In this document: positions 29,739 to 38,775 of the stretch, piece by piece
Numbering within the stretch: the stretch's first letter is position 1
Layout: each line of letters opens with the position of its first letter
Assembly: GCA_027310365.1 (NCBI GenBank)
Contig: DAIDAY010000001.1
Location: 4,142-68,141, forward strand
Origin: a bacterium
GTDB lineage: Bacteria; Patescibacteriota; Minisyncoccia; UBA6257; GWB1-50-10
Direction of reading: 5' to 3'
Length of the DNA: 64,000 nt
The notes under the pieces: generated by a model
Seen by the model: the letters and a program-made list of their open reading frames with translations, nothing else
Database searches by the model: none
What the model was told of the DNA's origin: nothing
Made by a program: the position numbers and the translations under genes

Positions 29739-29834
29739 AAAGGGCAAAATGCAAAGCGCAAGATTGAAACGTAAAACTTTTTAGCTTTAAACTTCAATTG
29801 TGAGTTTTAAATTTCGTATCTTCGGTAAAAATTA

Positions 29835-30926
29835 ATGAAAGACTATTACAAAGTACTCGGTGTTCCAAAGGATGAAAGCGAGGAGAATATTAAAAAGGCG
29901 TACCGGAGACTGGCGCATGAGTACCACCCGGACAAGCCGGGGGGCAACGAAGCAAAGTTCAAGGAAATCAACGAGGCGTACCAAGTGCTCTCCAACAAAG
30001 AAAAGCGGGCGCAGTACGACCGGTTTGGCCAAGTCTTTGAGAACGGAGCTCAGCCGGGAGCCGGTGGGGGCACATGGAATCCTTTCGGCGAGGGGTTTTC
30101 GTCGTGGGGTTTCGGCGGCAACGCGGAGGATATCGGGGATATCTTCGGCGACATTTTTGAACAATTCGGAGGAGGAAAGCGCAAAACTCATATACGCGGT
30201 TCCGATATCGAAATCGCGATCCAAATAACGCTCGAAGAGGCGTTCCGCGGACTTCAAAGGGATATCCAGTTCAAAACGAACGTTGCTTGTCCGTTTTGCG
30301 GCGGTGTGGGATACGACAGAAGCAAGGGGACGAAAAAATGCGCCACATGCGGCGGAAAAGGGGAAGTACACGTTAGCCGGCGGACGATCTTCGGAAATAT
30401 TTCGCAGGCGAAGACCTGCGACGAATGCGGCGGCTTGGGTGAAATTCCGAATGCCAAATGCAAACACTGCGGAGGCGACGGCCGCGTGTTTTCCTCGAAA
30501 ACGGTTTCGATCTACATCGCCCCGGGAATCGAAGACGGCCAAGTGATCAAAATTGCGGGCGGGGGCGAGGCCGGATTGAAGAACGGCGGAAACGGCGATC
30601 TTTACGTAATGGTAGGGGTGACGCCGAGCGCAATTTACACGAGGAAGAAAGATGGTCTCTATGCGACGAAAAACGTGACGCTTTCGGAAGCTCTTTTGGG
30701 AAAAGAGATACCGATAACGGACGTCGGCGGCGAAAAGTTCACGGTCAAGATACCCGCGGGATTTTCGTTGAGCGAAAAGATAACGGTTCCGAAGCGGGGT
30801 ATGCCGCGATTCGGTGGCGGAGGCCGGGGTGATCTCTATCTCACATTCAACCTGAAACTCCCGAAGCACGTATCTTCCAAAGCGAAGAAATTAATCGAGG
30901 ACTTGGGAAACGAACTCAATGATTGA
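29835..30926 (+). CDS. dnaJ: chaperone DnaJ
   Basis: A J-domain ([31 protein letters not shown]), a G-rich linker and four CxxCxGxG zinc-finger repeats. Confidence 0.9.
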   Translation: MKDYYKVLGVPKDESEENIKKAYRRLAHEYHPDKPGGNEAKFKEINEAYQVLSNKEKRAQYDRFGQVFENGAQPGAGGGTWNPFGEGFSSWGFGGNAEDIGDIFGDIFEQFGGGKRKTHIRGSDIEIAIQITLEEAFRGLQRDIQFKTNVACPFCGGVGYDRSKGTKKCATCGGKGEVHVSRRTIFGNISQAKTCDECGGLGEIPNAKCKHCGGDGRVFSSKTVSIYIAPGIEDGQVIKIAGGGEAGLKNGGNGDLYVMVGVTPSAIYTRKKDGLYATKNVTLSEALLGKEIPITDVGGEKFTVKIPAGFSLSEKITVPKRGMPRFGGGGRGDLYLTFNLKLPKHVSSKAKKLIEDLGNELND

Positions 30927-32046
30927 TGAGGAAAAAACGTGGAGCGTCGGCGGCTTCCTGGATCACCTGAACAACATTCTGAAGAGTGAAGAGGTTTTCG
31001 TCGTCGGGGAAGTGACCGAACTCAAGAAGCACCCCACGGGGTTCTATTTCGCCCTGAAGGATCAGGAGGGCGAAGGTATCCTTTTCTGTTATTTGAGTCC
31101 AAGGAAAGCAAAGATGTTCGGCATCGATTTCGAGGACGGGTTTTTGGTCAAGGTCGGAGGCTCTCCCGGCATTTACAAGCCGCGCGGCAGTTTCAGTTTC
31201 GTCGTGGAAAGTCTGGAGCTCGTGGGCGAAGGATCACTCAAGAAAACATACGAACTTTTGAAGAAAAAACTTGAGACCGAAGGCCTCTTTATGAGAAAAA
31301 GAGAATTGCCGAAATTCATAAATAGTGTTGGTATTATAACTTCAAAGACCGGAGCGGTCATAGATGACTTCAGGAAAAACCTGAAGCAATTAGGCCTTCA
31401 TCTTTGTCTCTATGATGCGAGAGTTGAGGGTCGGGAAGCGGTCGCCAACATCATGGCGGGCATCGATTATTTCAACGGCTTTCCTGAGGGAACGTTCGAC
31501 GTTTTAGTCGTTATGCGGGGCGGCGGAAGCCTGGAAGATTTGCAGGCATTCAACAACGAGGCCGTCGCGCGGAAAGTATTTTCGTCCCGCATCCCGGTTC
31601 TCTGCGGCATCGGCCACGACAAAGACGTCCCGATTGCGAGCTTAGTTTGCGATAAAGCGGTGTCTACCCCTTCGATCGCCGCACAGACGGTGAACGCTTC
31701 GTGGGACGATTTGTTTTCGGGAGTTCCGCTGCTTTCCAAAAAACTCTCGTTCGCTTTCGAATCAGCCCTCGGCGAAGCGGCGGGTACGCTCGAAAACCTT
31801 TCTCAGCCACTTCTCGGTTTTTTGTTTTCGGAAATAGAGCGCGTGAAAGCGCGGCTTGAGTATTTCCTGAAATATTTGAATGCCGCAAACCCGATGAGGA
31901 ATTTGAAACTCGGCTATAGCGTCGTTTTCGGAAACGGGGAAAAGATCATCAAAGATGCCCGGTTATTGAAGAAACACGATAAAATAACCATTAAGCTCTT
32001 TAAGGGTTTGATCGGCGGCAAAGTAACGGATATCATAGATGAATAG
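30919..32046 (+). CDS. xseA: exodeoxyribonuclease VII large subunit
   Basis: An OB-fold N-terminus ([34 protein letters not shown]) is followed by the catalytic core. Confidence 0.85.
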   Translation: MIDEEKTWSVGGFLDHLNNILKSEEVFVVGEVTELKKHPTGFYFALKDQEGEGILFCYLSPRKAKMFGIDFEDGFLVKVGGSPGIYKPRGSFSFVVESLELVGEGSLKKTYELLKKKLETEGLFMRKRELPKFINSVGIITSKTGAVIDDFRKNLKQLGLHLCLYDARVEGREAVANIMAGIDYFNGFPEGTFDVLVVMRGGGSLEDLQAFNNEAVARKVFSSRIPVLCGIGHDKDVPIASLVCDKAVSTPSIAAQTVNASWDDLFSGVPLLSKKLSFAFESALGEAAGTLENLSQPLLGFLFSEIERVKARLEYFLKYLNAANPMRNLKLGYSVVFGNGEKIIKDARLLKKHDKITIKLFKGLIGGKVTDIIDE

Positions 32047-32263
32047 CATGCCCACCAAAGACAAAAAAGAAAAAAAGGAAATGAGCGAAGAGTTGAACAA
32101 ACTCCAGAAAATCGTGGAGTGGTTTGAAGAGCGCGAAGAAGTGGATGTTGAAGAAGGCCTTGCGAAAGTCAAGGAAGGCGCCGCTATCATCAAGGATTTG
32201 AAATCGCGGATGAAGGACGTCGAAAATGAATTTGAGATTGTCAAAAAGAATTTAAAAGATTAG
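32039..32263 (+). CDS. xseB: exodeoxyribonuclease VII small subunit
   Basis: A short helical protein (LNKLQKIVEWFEE...EEGLAKVKEGAAI). Its start overlaps the xseA stop. Confidence 0.75.
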   Translation: MNSMPTKDKKEKKEMSEELNKLQKIVEWFEEREEVDVEEGLAKVKEGAAIIKDLKSRMKDVENEFEIVKKNLKD

Positions 32264-32265
32264 CG

Positions 32266-32616
32266 ATGGAAAGCATTTCGATAGACAAGTTCAAGGAAAT
32301 CGATTTGAGGGTCGCGAAAGTTCTTTCAGCTGAAAAAGTCGAGAACGCCGACAAGCTTTTGCGCTTAGAGATTGATCTCGGCTCTTCAACGAATCCAGGG
32401 CAGGCAACAGAGAAAAGACAGATCGTTTCCGGTATCGCGGAATATTATGCGCCGGAGTCGCTCGTCGGCAGAGAAATCATCGTGGTGTACAATCTCGAGC
32501 CGAGAACGCTGAAGGGTTTGGAAAGCAAGGGGATGCTTTTGGCGGCATCGGGCGACGGCTTCGTTTCGCTTCTGGAACCAGATAAGAAAGTGCCGCCCGG
32601 AAGTAAAATTTTTTAA
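32266..32616 (+). CDS. tRNA-binding domain protein (CsaA/Trbp111-like OB fold)
   Basis: IDLRVAKVLSAEKVENADKLLRLEIDLG...QIVSGIAEYY...VVYNLEPRTLKG matches the CsaA/Trbp111 fold. Confidence 0.75.
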   Translation: MESISIDKFKEIDLRVAKVLSAEKVENADKLLRLEIDLGSSTNPGQATEKRQIVSGIAEYYAPESLVGREIIVVYNLEPRTLKGLESKGMLLAASGDGFVSLLEPDKKVPPGSKIF

Positions 32617-32692
32617 TCCCTAAAAAACAGGAAGCGGAAAGTTGGCAGCAAAAAGGTTCCCCGCTTCAAATATATCGGTGATTAAACACCGA

Positions 32693-32716
32693 GGTGGTAT
32701 ACTATAATATACCACC
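32693..32716. promoter_or_regulatory. perfect 9 bp inverted repeat (GGTGGTATA ctataa TATACCACC), candidate operator
   Basis: It lies just 3' of the yerC-like gene. The half-site GGTGGTATA recurs at 33105 (with mismatch) and at 33644 in reverse orientation. Confidence 0.4.
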
Positions 32717-32722
32717 TTGAGC

Positions 32723-33097
32723 TTACGACATCCGCCGGGTCGCAGACGGCCAAACTTTCCTTATTTTTTGATTTTTCCAAATACCGTCCGGATAGTGTTT
32801 CTGCAATTTTTTGCCTTTTCCATTGCTTCTTTGCTTAAAACCAGATCGCAAAAAAGTTATCGTCCTCCTGGTAACGTCTGCACGCCGACTAATTTCTCGT
32901 ATTGGTACGCCCTTCTCCAAGAAAGCAACGATCATTAACCGTTTTTCAAACATCGCCATTTCATCTTGAGGGAGAAGGCGACTGAGTATTTTCTCAATAT
33001 CACCGGCGCTTTTAACTTGCTTCAATGCTCCAAAAAAGCTCTCCCAAACTTTTTCTTTTATATCTTCCTCGAAAAGTTTTTTGCTGGTTCGCGGCAT
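32723..33097 (-). CDS. YerC/YecD (TrpR-like) family DNA-binding protein
   Basis: LPQDEMAMFEKRLMIVAFLEKGVPIREISRRADVTRRTITFLRSG resembles the Trp-repressor-like YerC fold. Confidence 0.55.
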   Translation of the reverse strand: MPRTSKKLFEEDIKEKVWESFFGALKQVKSAGDIEKILSRLLPQDEMAMFEKRLMIVAFLEKGVPIREISRRADVTRRTITFLRSGFKQRSNGKGKKLQKHYPDGIWKNQKIRKVWPSATRRMS

Positions 33098-33124
33098 AGT
33101 TTTGGATGGTATACTATAGTGAAT

Positions 33125-33600
33125 TTAATTCCGCGGGCTGAAGCCCGCGGCTTCCCGTATCATCATGGCATACTTTCGGTATTCTCGCGAATGGAGCTTT
33201 TGACAGCGTTGTAGTTCCTGACCCCCACCGTCTCAGCAAAGCAGCCGTCCGCCCAGAAGTTGTCTCCCCAGAGGAATTCTTCAAGATCAGGAAACTCTTT
33301 TCGGATCACCCGACCGTGCCACCCTTCAGATACTGGACGGCTTTGGCGAGGGCAAGATGTGGTTGAATCTAAGTCATGAGATGGACGTGATTGGGAAGGA
33401 TCTTCGGTTCATCAAGCCACCAGCGGTTCACGGTGGCAGCTTCGTAGAGGAGGTTGTGAAGACGGCCGGCCACTTTGTCTGTTAGTATCCGCTTCTGGTG
33501 CTTAAGAAGCAGAACGAGGCAATGCCGGAGACAGTGTCTCGTGCGGGCACCGCTCCAATGCTTGGGGTGCCATACCGAAAGTATGCCAGACTACGCTTCA
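33125..33600 (-). mobile_element. degenerate IS200/IS605-family insertion sequence remnant
   Basis: A minus-strand tnpA pseudogene carrying both HUH-region motifs. A perfect hairpin (CCGCGGGCTGAAGCCCGCGG) sits at 33131..33150, and 17 nt inverted repeats lie at 33168..33184 and 33571..33587. Confidence 0.6.
33163..33575 (-). pseudogene. tnpA: IS200/IS605 tnpA (Y1 HUH transposase) pseudogene: no start codon, in-frame TAG, and a frameshift
   Basis: Minus-strand translation gives ...HCLVLLLKHQKRILTDKVAGRLHNLLYEAATVNRWWLDEPKILPNHVHLMT*IQPHLALAKAVQYLKGGTVG. After a frameshift it continues RVIRKEFPDLEEFLWGDNFWADGCFAETVGVRNYNAVKSYIREN. This matches TnpA along its whole length. Confidence 0.6.
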
Positions 33601-33695
33601 CCCTACCAGACTAAAGCCTGGGGCTATAGGCAGGGAGAGAGTATACCACTTTCCTATTTTATCCGTGGGCTTATAATCAGTATTGTATTTTCCAT

Positions 33696-34661
33696 ATGAA
33701 GAAGGTGCTGGTTATCGCAATCACAATCGCTGTCTTACTCGGCGGATTTTATTATTTTTTTCTTGGGGCGGCGGGAAGTGATCAAGCGCCTGAACGGTTT
33801 GTCATATCCCTTGGTGAAGACAAATCGCAGGCCACGCAAGATTTAGCGCGTCAAGGTTTCATAAAGAACAGCTTGGGATTTGCAATAGCGGCACTCCTTG
33901 AGGGGAATCGCACTCTCGTGCCCGGTGGGTACAAGATTTCCAAGTCTATGAACGCTTTCCAAGTGGCATTGGTTTTGGCGAAGCCGTCGTATATGAAATG
34001 GGTCGTCGTGCCAGAAGGTCTTCGGAAAGAAGAAATCGCTGACATGCTCCAAAAAATCTTGGGTTGGTTGGATGACACGAAGAGCCAATTCCTGAACGCC
34101 TATCAGCGTTTGGGTGGGAATGAGTACCGGGAAGGCGTCTACTTCCCCGACACGTATCTCCTTCCAGTTGACGAAACAGGCACCCAGATAGCCCAGAGAT
34201 TCATAACCCAATTCAATGAAAGTTTCACGCCGTACGCCAAAGAAGCTGCGGCTCAAAACATAAAGTGGACTACGGCGCTAAAAATCGCTTCGCTCATAGA
34301 ACGGGAGGCCAGCGGCACGAGCGACATGGCTCTGATATCGGGAATCATTTGGAATCGGCTTCTGAAAAACATGCCGCTCGACATCGACGCGACCATCCAA
34401 TATGTCATCGGAGACGCGGGGAGCGGTTATTGGGCGCCGCTCACAAAGGGAGCGACCAGTTTCAAGTCGCCCTACAATACCTACCTCCACGCCGGTCTTC
34501 CACCGACACCGATCTCCAATCCGGGGATCGATGCCATCAATGCGGCGCTCAATCCGGCAACGACGACATGCCTGTATTACCTCCACGACGCGAATGGGGT
34601 CATCCACTGCACCGATACGTATGCCGGACAACAAGCAAATATACAAAAATATTTGAAATAA
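33696..34661 (+). CDS. mltG: endolytic murein transglycosylase MltG (YceG family)
   Basis: An N-terminal TM helix and the YceG domain (YFPDTYLL..., GLPPTPISNPG). Confidence 0.85.
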   Translation: MKKVLVIAITIAVLLGGFYYFFLGAAGSDQAPERFVISLGEDKSQATQDLARQGFIKNSLGFAIAALLEGNRTLVPGGYKISKSMNAFQVALVLAKPSYMKWVVVPEGLRKEEIADMLQKILGWLDDTKSQFLNAYQRLGGNEYREGVYFPDTYLLPVDETGTQIAQRFITQFNESFTPYAKEAAAQNIKWTTALKIASLIEREASGTSDMALISGIIWNRLLKNMPLDIDATIQYVIGDAGSGYWAPLTKGATSFKSPYNTYLHAGLPPTPISNPGIDAINAALNPATTTCLYYLHDANGVIHCTDTYAGQQANIQKYLK

Positions 34662-34840
34662 AGGAGTTGATGCACAAACGCATCGCTGGATGGTCACGCG
34701 ATGAAAAAGTGAAAAAGCTTTTTGGGATAAAATGAAAAATCGTGCTAAACTTGGGAACAAGCCGGGCAATCCGGCGTACCGGACAGCAGCCACATTCAGG
34801 TACCGGCAATATTTGAAGGTTAAAAAGACAAAATCGAAAA

Positions 34841-35515
34841 ATGAACGGTAAACTTTACATCGTGGGAACGCCCATCGGAAATTTGAAGGACATAACGGAG
34901 AGGGGAATCGCGACGCTCAAAAGCGTCGATTTGATACTCGCGGAAGATACCCGGGTGACCAGCAAACTCCTGAACCACCTCGGCGCGAGAAAGCCCATGT
35001 GGCGATATGACGAATACGCGAAGGATGATCTTTACGAACGCATCCTTGAATTCCTGGGAGCGGGGAAAAATATAGCCATGGTGACGGATGCCGGCATGCC
35101 GAACATCGCCGATCCGGGGTCAAAACTGATTTCCTTCGTACGGGAACGGACGCCGGAAGCGGAAATCGTGTCGATACCGGGGCCTTCCGCCATCGTGACC
35201 GCTCTTTCGGTTTCCGGAATGAATGCCGATACATTTACGTTTGCCGGCTACCCACCGCACAAGAAGGGGAGGCAAACCTTTTTCAAAAAGCTGAAAGAAA
35301 TCGAAATGAGGCCCGTTGTCATGTATGAGTCGCCCCATCGGCTCCAGAAAACGTTCGGCGACATGGAGAAAATCTGCTCGTCGCAGCACCCGATAACCGT
35401 GGCGAAAGAACTTACGAAAATTCACGAAGAGGTATGGAGCGGAACGATCGATGAAGCGAAAAAGCATTTTGAAAAGGATCGGGGAAAAGGGGAATTTGTG
35501 ATCATCATACCCTGA
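34841..35515 (+). CDS. rsmI: 16S rRNA (cytidine1402-2'-O)-methyltransferase
   Basis: The tetrapyrrole-methylase fold is present (LYIVGTPIGNLKDIT...ILAEDTRVT...MVTDAGMPNIADPG). Confidence 0.85.
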   Translation: MNGKLYIVGTPIGNLKDITERGIATLKSVDLILAEDTRVTSKLLNHLGARKPMWRYDEYAKDDLYERILEFLGAGKNIAMVTDAGMPNIADPGSKLISFVRERTPEAEIVSIPGPSAIVTALSVSGMNADTFTFAGYPPHKKGRQTFFKKLKEIEMRPVVMYESPHRLQKTFGDMEKICSSQHPITVAKELTKIHEEVWSGTIDEAKKHFEKDRGKGEFVIIIP

Positions 35516-36114
35516 TGGCGTACCGGGGAAAGAGAATGCTGGATTTGATCGTCGCCGTACCGGCTTCCCTGATTACCGCGGTTTTAACACCCTTCGTGGG
35601 TGTCTTCATTGTTTTGGAAAGTGGTTTCCCGATATTCGCGAGGCTCGATCGCGTGAGCGGCAGCAGAACGATCCGGGTTTGGAAATTCCGCTCGATGGTG
35701 AGAGGGGCGCACGCCATAAAGAAGGAGTTGGAAAATTTGAACGAGCGGAAAGACGGACCGCTTTTCAAGATAAAGAATGATCCACGGCTGACAAAAATCG
35801 GGAAAATGCTACGGAAATTCAGATTGGATGAACTCCCTCAGGTTTGGAATGTTTTGACGGGCGATATATCGCTCGTGGGACCCCGGCCGCACGAACCGGA
35901 AGAAATTCTGCAGTATCCGCCGGAATTTAAAAGACTCTTTCTTGCTAAATCAGGTCTCACAGGACTCTCTCAAGTAAGCGGTGCATCGAAACTGCCATTC
36001 AAGGAGGAGGTGGCGCTCGACCTCTTCTACGTCGACAACGAATCGTTTCTCGTGGATTTGAAGATTCTCTGGAAAACGCTCATCATTTTTTTCTCCGACC
36101 CCACGGGAGTGTAG
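35515..36114 (+). CDS. undecaprenyl-phosphate sugar phosphotransferase (bacterial sugar transferase family)
   Basis: KRMLDLIVA...PIFARLDRVSGSRTIRVWKFRSM...DELPQVWNVLTGDISLVGPRP matches the family. Confidence 0.8.
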   Translation: MAYRGKRMLDLIVAVPASLITAVLTPFVGVFIVLESGFPIFARLDRVSGSRTIRVWKFRSMVRGAHAIKKELENLNERKDGPLFKIKNDPRLTKIGKMLRKFRLDELPQVWNVLTGDISLVGPRPHEPEEILQYPPEFKRLFLAKSGLTGLSQVSGASKLPFKEEVALDLFYVDNESFLVDLKILWKTLIIFFSDPTGV

Positions 36115-36413
36115 AGAGAAGAATTATGTTTGACATAGGCCACCGTTGTGAGAGAAGTTTTTAATTTCTCTCTATTTTTTTCTCAACATCTCTATTTTCC
36201 ATTCTTCCCGAAGAAACATTCCATGCAGGCTGCGCGTCTCTGCCTGACGGCAACTCTCGGAGCGCCGATAGCTCGATTCCGCAAAGCGGATATCGGCGCG
36301 AGAGCATAGCGGTGCGGCGAGCCGCTGGAGCGAGCCGACACCCGGTGACAGAGAATATGGACACGCAGCCGAAAGCATGGAAAATCACGTAGAATCGGGG
36401 TAGAATTGAGCTA

Positions 36414-37511
36414 ATGAAAGTTGCCATTCTCCATGATTATCTGAACCAGTTCGGCGGAGCGGAACGGGTGGTGAAAGTCCTTCTCGAAATTTTCCCGAAT
36501 GCCGACATTTACACCCTCCTGCACGACGTGGAGAAAACAAACGGCCTCTTCGCGAAGAACGTCAAAAAGACCAGCTTCCTCGATCATGCACTCGTAACGA
36601 GCCACCACCGCGCCCTGATTCCCTTGATGCCCCTTGCGGCCCGCCTGCTGACCGCGGACGAAGAATATGATTTGGTTCTTTCTTCTTCTGCGGGATACGG
36701 GAAGGGAATTAACGTGAAGGGGCAATATCATGTGTGCTATTGCCATACGCCCCTTCGCTACGCGTGGGAAATCGATTACCTGAAAAACTTGTCGATTACG
36801 CCCAAGGGATTTTCGCAGGTGTTCACATATCCGATCGCGCGGTGGCTCAAGACATGGGACAAGAATGCAGCGCAAAAAGTGAATCTTTTCATCGCCAATT
36901 CAACCTTCATCGCGGATAAGATAAAATCCTATTACGGCCGGGATGCGGTTGTTGTGAATCCGCCAGTCAATTTGAGCGTGTTTTTTCCGGAGAGCGGAAG
37001 CGGAAAAAAAGACTATTACCTCATGGTCGGACGGATGCTGTATTTCAAGGGCTTCGACATCGGCATTCATGCCTTCAATCATCTCCAGAAGCCGTTGAAA
37101 ATCGCGGGGAACGGCCCCGAACTCAAGAAACTCCAAAGGACAGCGAAGTCACCGTACATCGAATTCATCACGAACGCGAGCGACCAAGACCTTCGCCTCT
37201 TGTACTCGAATGCCAAGGCGCTCATTTTCCCGCAAATAGAAGATTTCGGCCTCGTCGCAGCCGAAGCCCAGGCCTGCGGGACGCCCGTCATCGCTTACGA
37301 AAAAGGCGGCATCAAAGATATCGTTATCAATAAAAAAACGGGGCTTTTCTTCGGGGAACAAACCCCTGAAGCCGTCATCGCCGCGGTGAAAGATTTCGAG
37401 AACATGCCGTTCAATCGCTCCCTGATCACCAAGACTGCAGAACGGTTTTCGAAAGAACGTTTCAAGAAAAACATCCTGGATGTTGTGAAGAGTTACGGCA
37501 TACGACTCTGA
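36414..37511 (+). CDS. glycosyltransferase, GT4 family
   Basis: A GT-B fold with the EDFGLVAAEAQACGTPVIAYEKGG motif. Confidence 0.8.
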   Translation: MKVAILHDYLNQFGGAERVVKVLLEIFPNADIYTLLHDVEKTNGLFAKNVKKTSFLDHALVTSHHRALIPLMPLAARLLTADEEYDLVLSSSAGYGKGINVKGQYHVCYCHTPLRYAWEIDYLKNLSITPKGFSQVFTYPIARWLKTWDKNAAQKVNLFIANSTFIADKIKSYYGRDAVVVNPPVNLSVFFPESGSGKKDYYLMVGRMLYFKGFDIGIHAFNHLQKPLKIAGNGPELKKLQRTAKSPYIEFITNASDQDLRLLYSNAKALIFPQIEDFGLVAAEAQACGTPVIAYEKGGIKDIVINKKTGLFFGEQTPEAVIAAVKDFENMPFNRSLITKTAERFSKERFKKNILDVVKSYGIRL

Positions 37512-37614
37512 ATCCCGTGAGCAACGAACGTCCCATCAATGATTTACAAAAATGAGCCAGTGAAATACAAAACTTTTCACAACGAGTCGGGTTTTTTAAT
37601 TTGTTTCTAACGGG

Positions 37615-38775
37615 ATGAAGATTTTCATCGATACGAGATCACTTGACGCAAAAATCATTTCCGGCATCCCAGAATATACGCGCTTCCTGGTCAAAAATCT
37701 CACGGAAATGTACCCGGAGGAAAAATACCTCTTCTTCTCAAACGGCTTTCACAGGAAGAGAAATCCCTCTTCTGCCGAAAACCTCCCGGGGAAGACAATC
37801 AACTACGGTATACCGAACAAAATCTGGGATACGACAAATCGTTTCTCTCATCTACCGAACATAGACAAGCTCGTGAAAGCCGATGTTTACCTGAGCCCGC
37901 ATATCGATATTCTTTCCTTTAAGGAGCCGCGGAAACACATCCTCACCATCCACGATCTTTCGTTCATCTTCCATAAAGAATTTTTCACATGGAGAAAGAA
38001 CTTCTGGCACTGGCGTCAGAACTACCAAAAGCAAATCAAGGAAGCGGGGTGCGTCATTGCGGTATCAGATTTCACGCGCCAAAACATTCTGGATCATTTC
38101 CGCATCGCCGAAGGGAAGGTTGTCCGCATCTATCCGGGGATAAACCCATACTATAAGCAACTCGGCGCGAAGGACGATGGGCTCACGACTTTTCGAAAGC
38201 AAAAAAAAATCAGTTATCCTTTCATCCTTCATGTCGGGACGCTCGAACCGCGCAAAAATGCGATCGGCGCCATAAGGAGCTTCAATATCCTCAAGGAGAA
38301 GAAGGAATTCCGGGACTTACGGTTCATTCTCGTCGGCACACGAGGATGGCTCTATGAAAAAATAGTTGCCGAGATCGCGGCATCACCCTTCGAGAAAGAT
38401 ATTCTTCTTTGGGGGAGGGCAACGGAAGAAGAATTGCGTTATCTCTACAATCTTGCGGCGGCTTTCGTGTATCCCTCTTTCTTTGAAGGGTTCGCTTTTC
38501 CATGCCTCGAAGCCCAGGCCTGCGGGACGCCCGTCATCGCTTCTGACCGGGGACCTCTTCCCGAAACTCTCGGGGAAAGCGCCTTTTTCGTGAATCCTTG
38601 GAAGGTCTACGAAATCGGAATGGCAATGGAGAGCATTTTATCACACAATAATAAAAGGGATGAACTCGTGAAGGCCGGTTTCGAAAACGTAAAGAAGTTC
38701 AACTGGACCGTTGCGGCCCGGGAAGTTATGGAAACCTTGAAAAAAAATCACCATGCCCCAAAAGACTGTTCCTAA
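37615..38775 (+). CDS. glycosyltransferase, GT4 family
   Basis: The EGFAFPCLEAQACGTPVIASDRGPLPE motif is present. The coding sequence contains an A9 homopolymer at 38201..38209. Confidence 0.8.
   Translation: MKIFIDTRSLDAKIISGIPEYTRFLVKNLTEMYPEEKYLFFSNGFHRKRNPSSAENLPGKTINYGIPNKIWDTTNRFSHLPNIDKLVKADVYLSPHIDILSFKEPRKHILTIHDLSFIFHKEFFTWRKNFWHWRQNYQKQIKEAGCVIAVSDFTRQNILDHFRIAEGKVVRIYPGINPYYKQLGAKDDGLTTFRKQKKISYPFILHVGTLEPRKNAIGAIRSFNILKEKKEFRDLRFILVGTRGWLYEKIVAEIAASPFEKDILLWGRATEEELRYLYNLAAAFVYPSFFEGFAFPCLEAQACGTPVIASDRGPLPETLGESAFFVNPWKVYEIGMAMESILSHNNKRDELVKAGFENVKKFNWTVAAREVMETLKKNHHAPKDCS

Noticed and set aside
29832-30869. 345-aa minus-strand ORF
   Set aside because: It is antisense to dnaJ. 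It is a shadow ORF.
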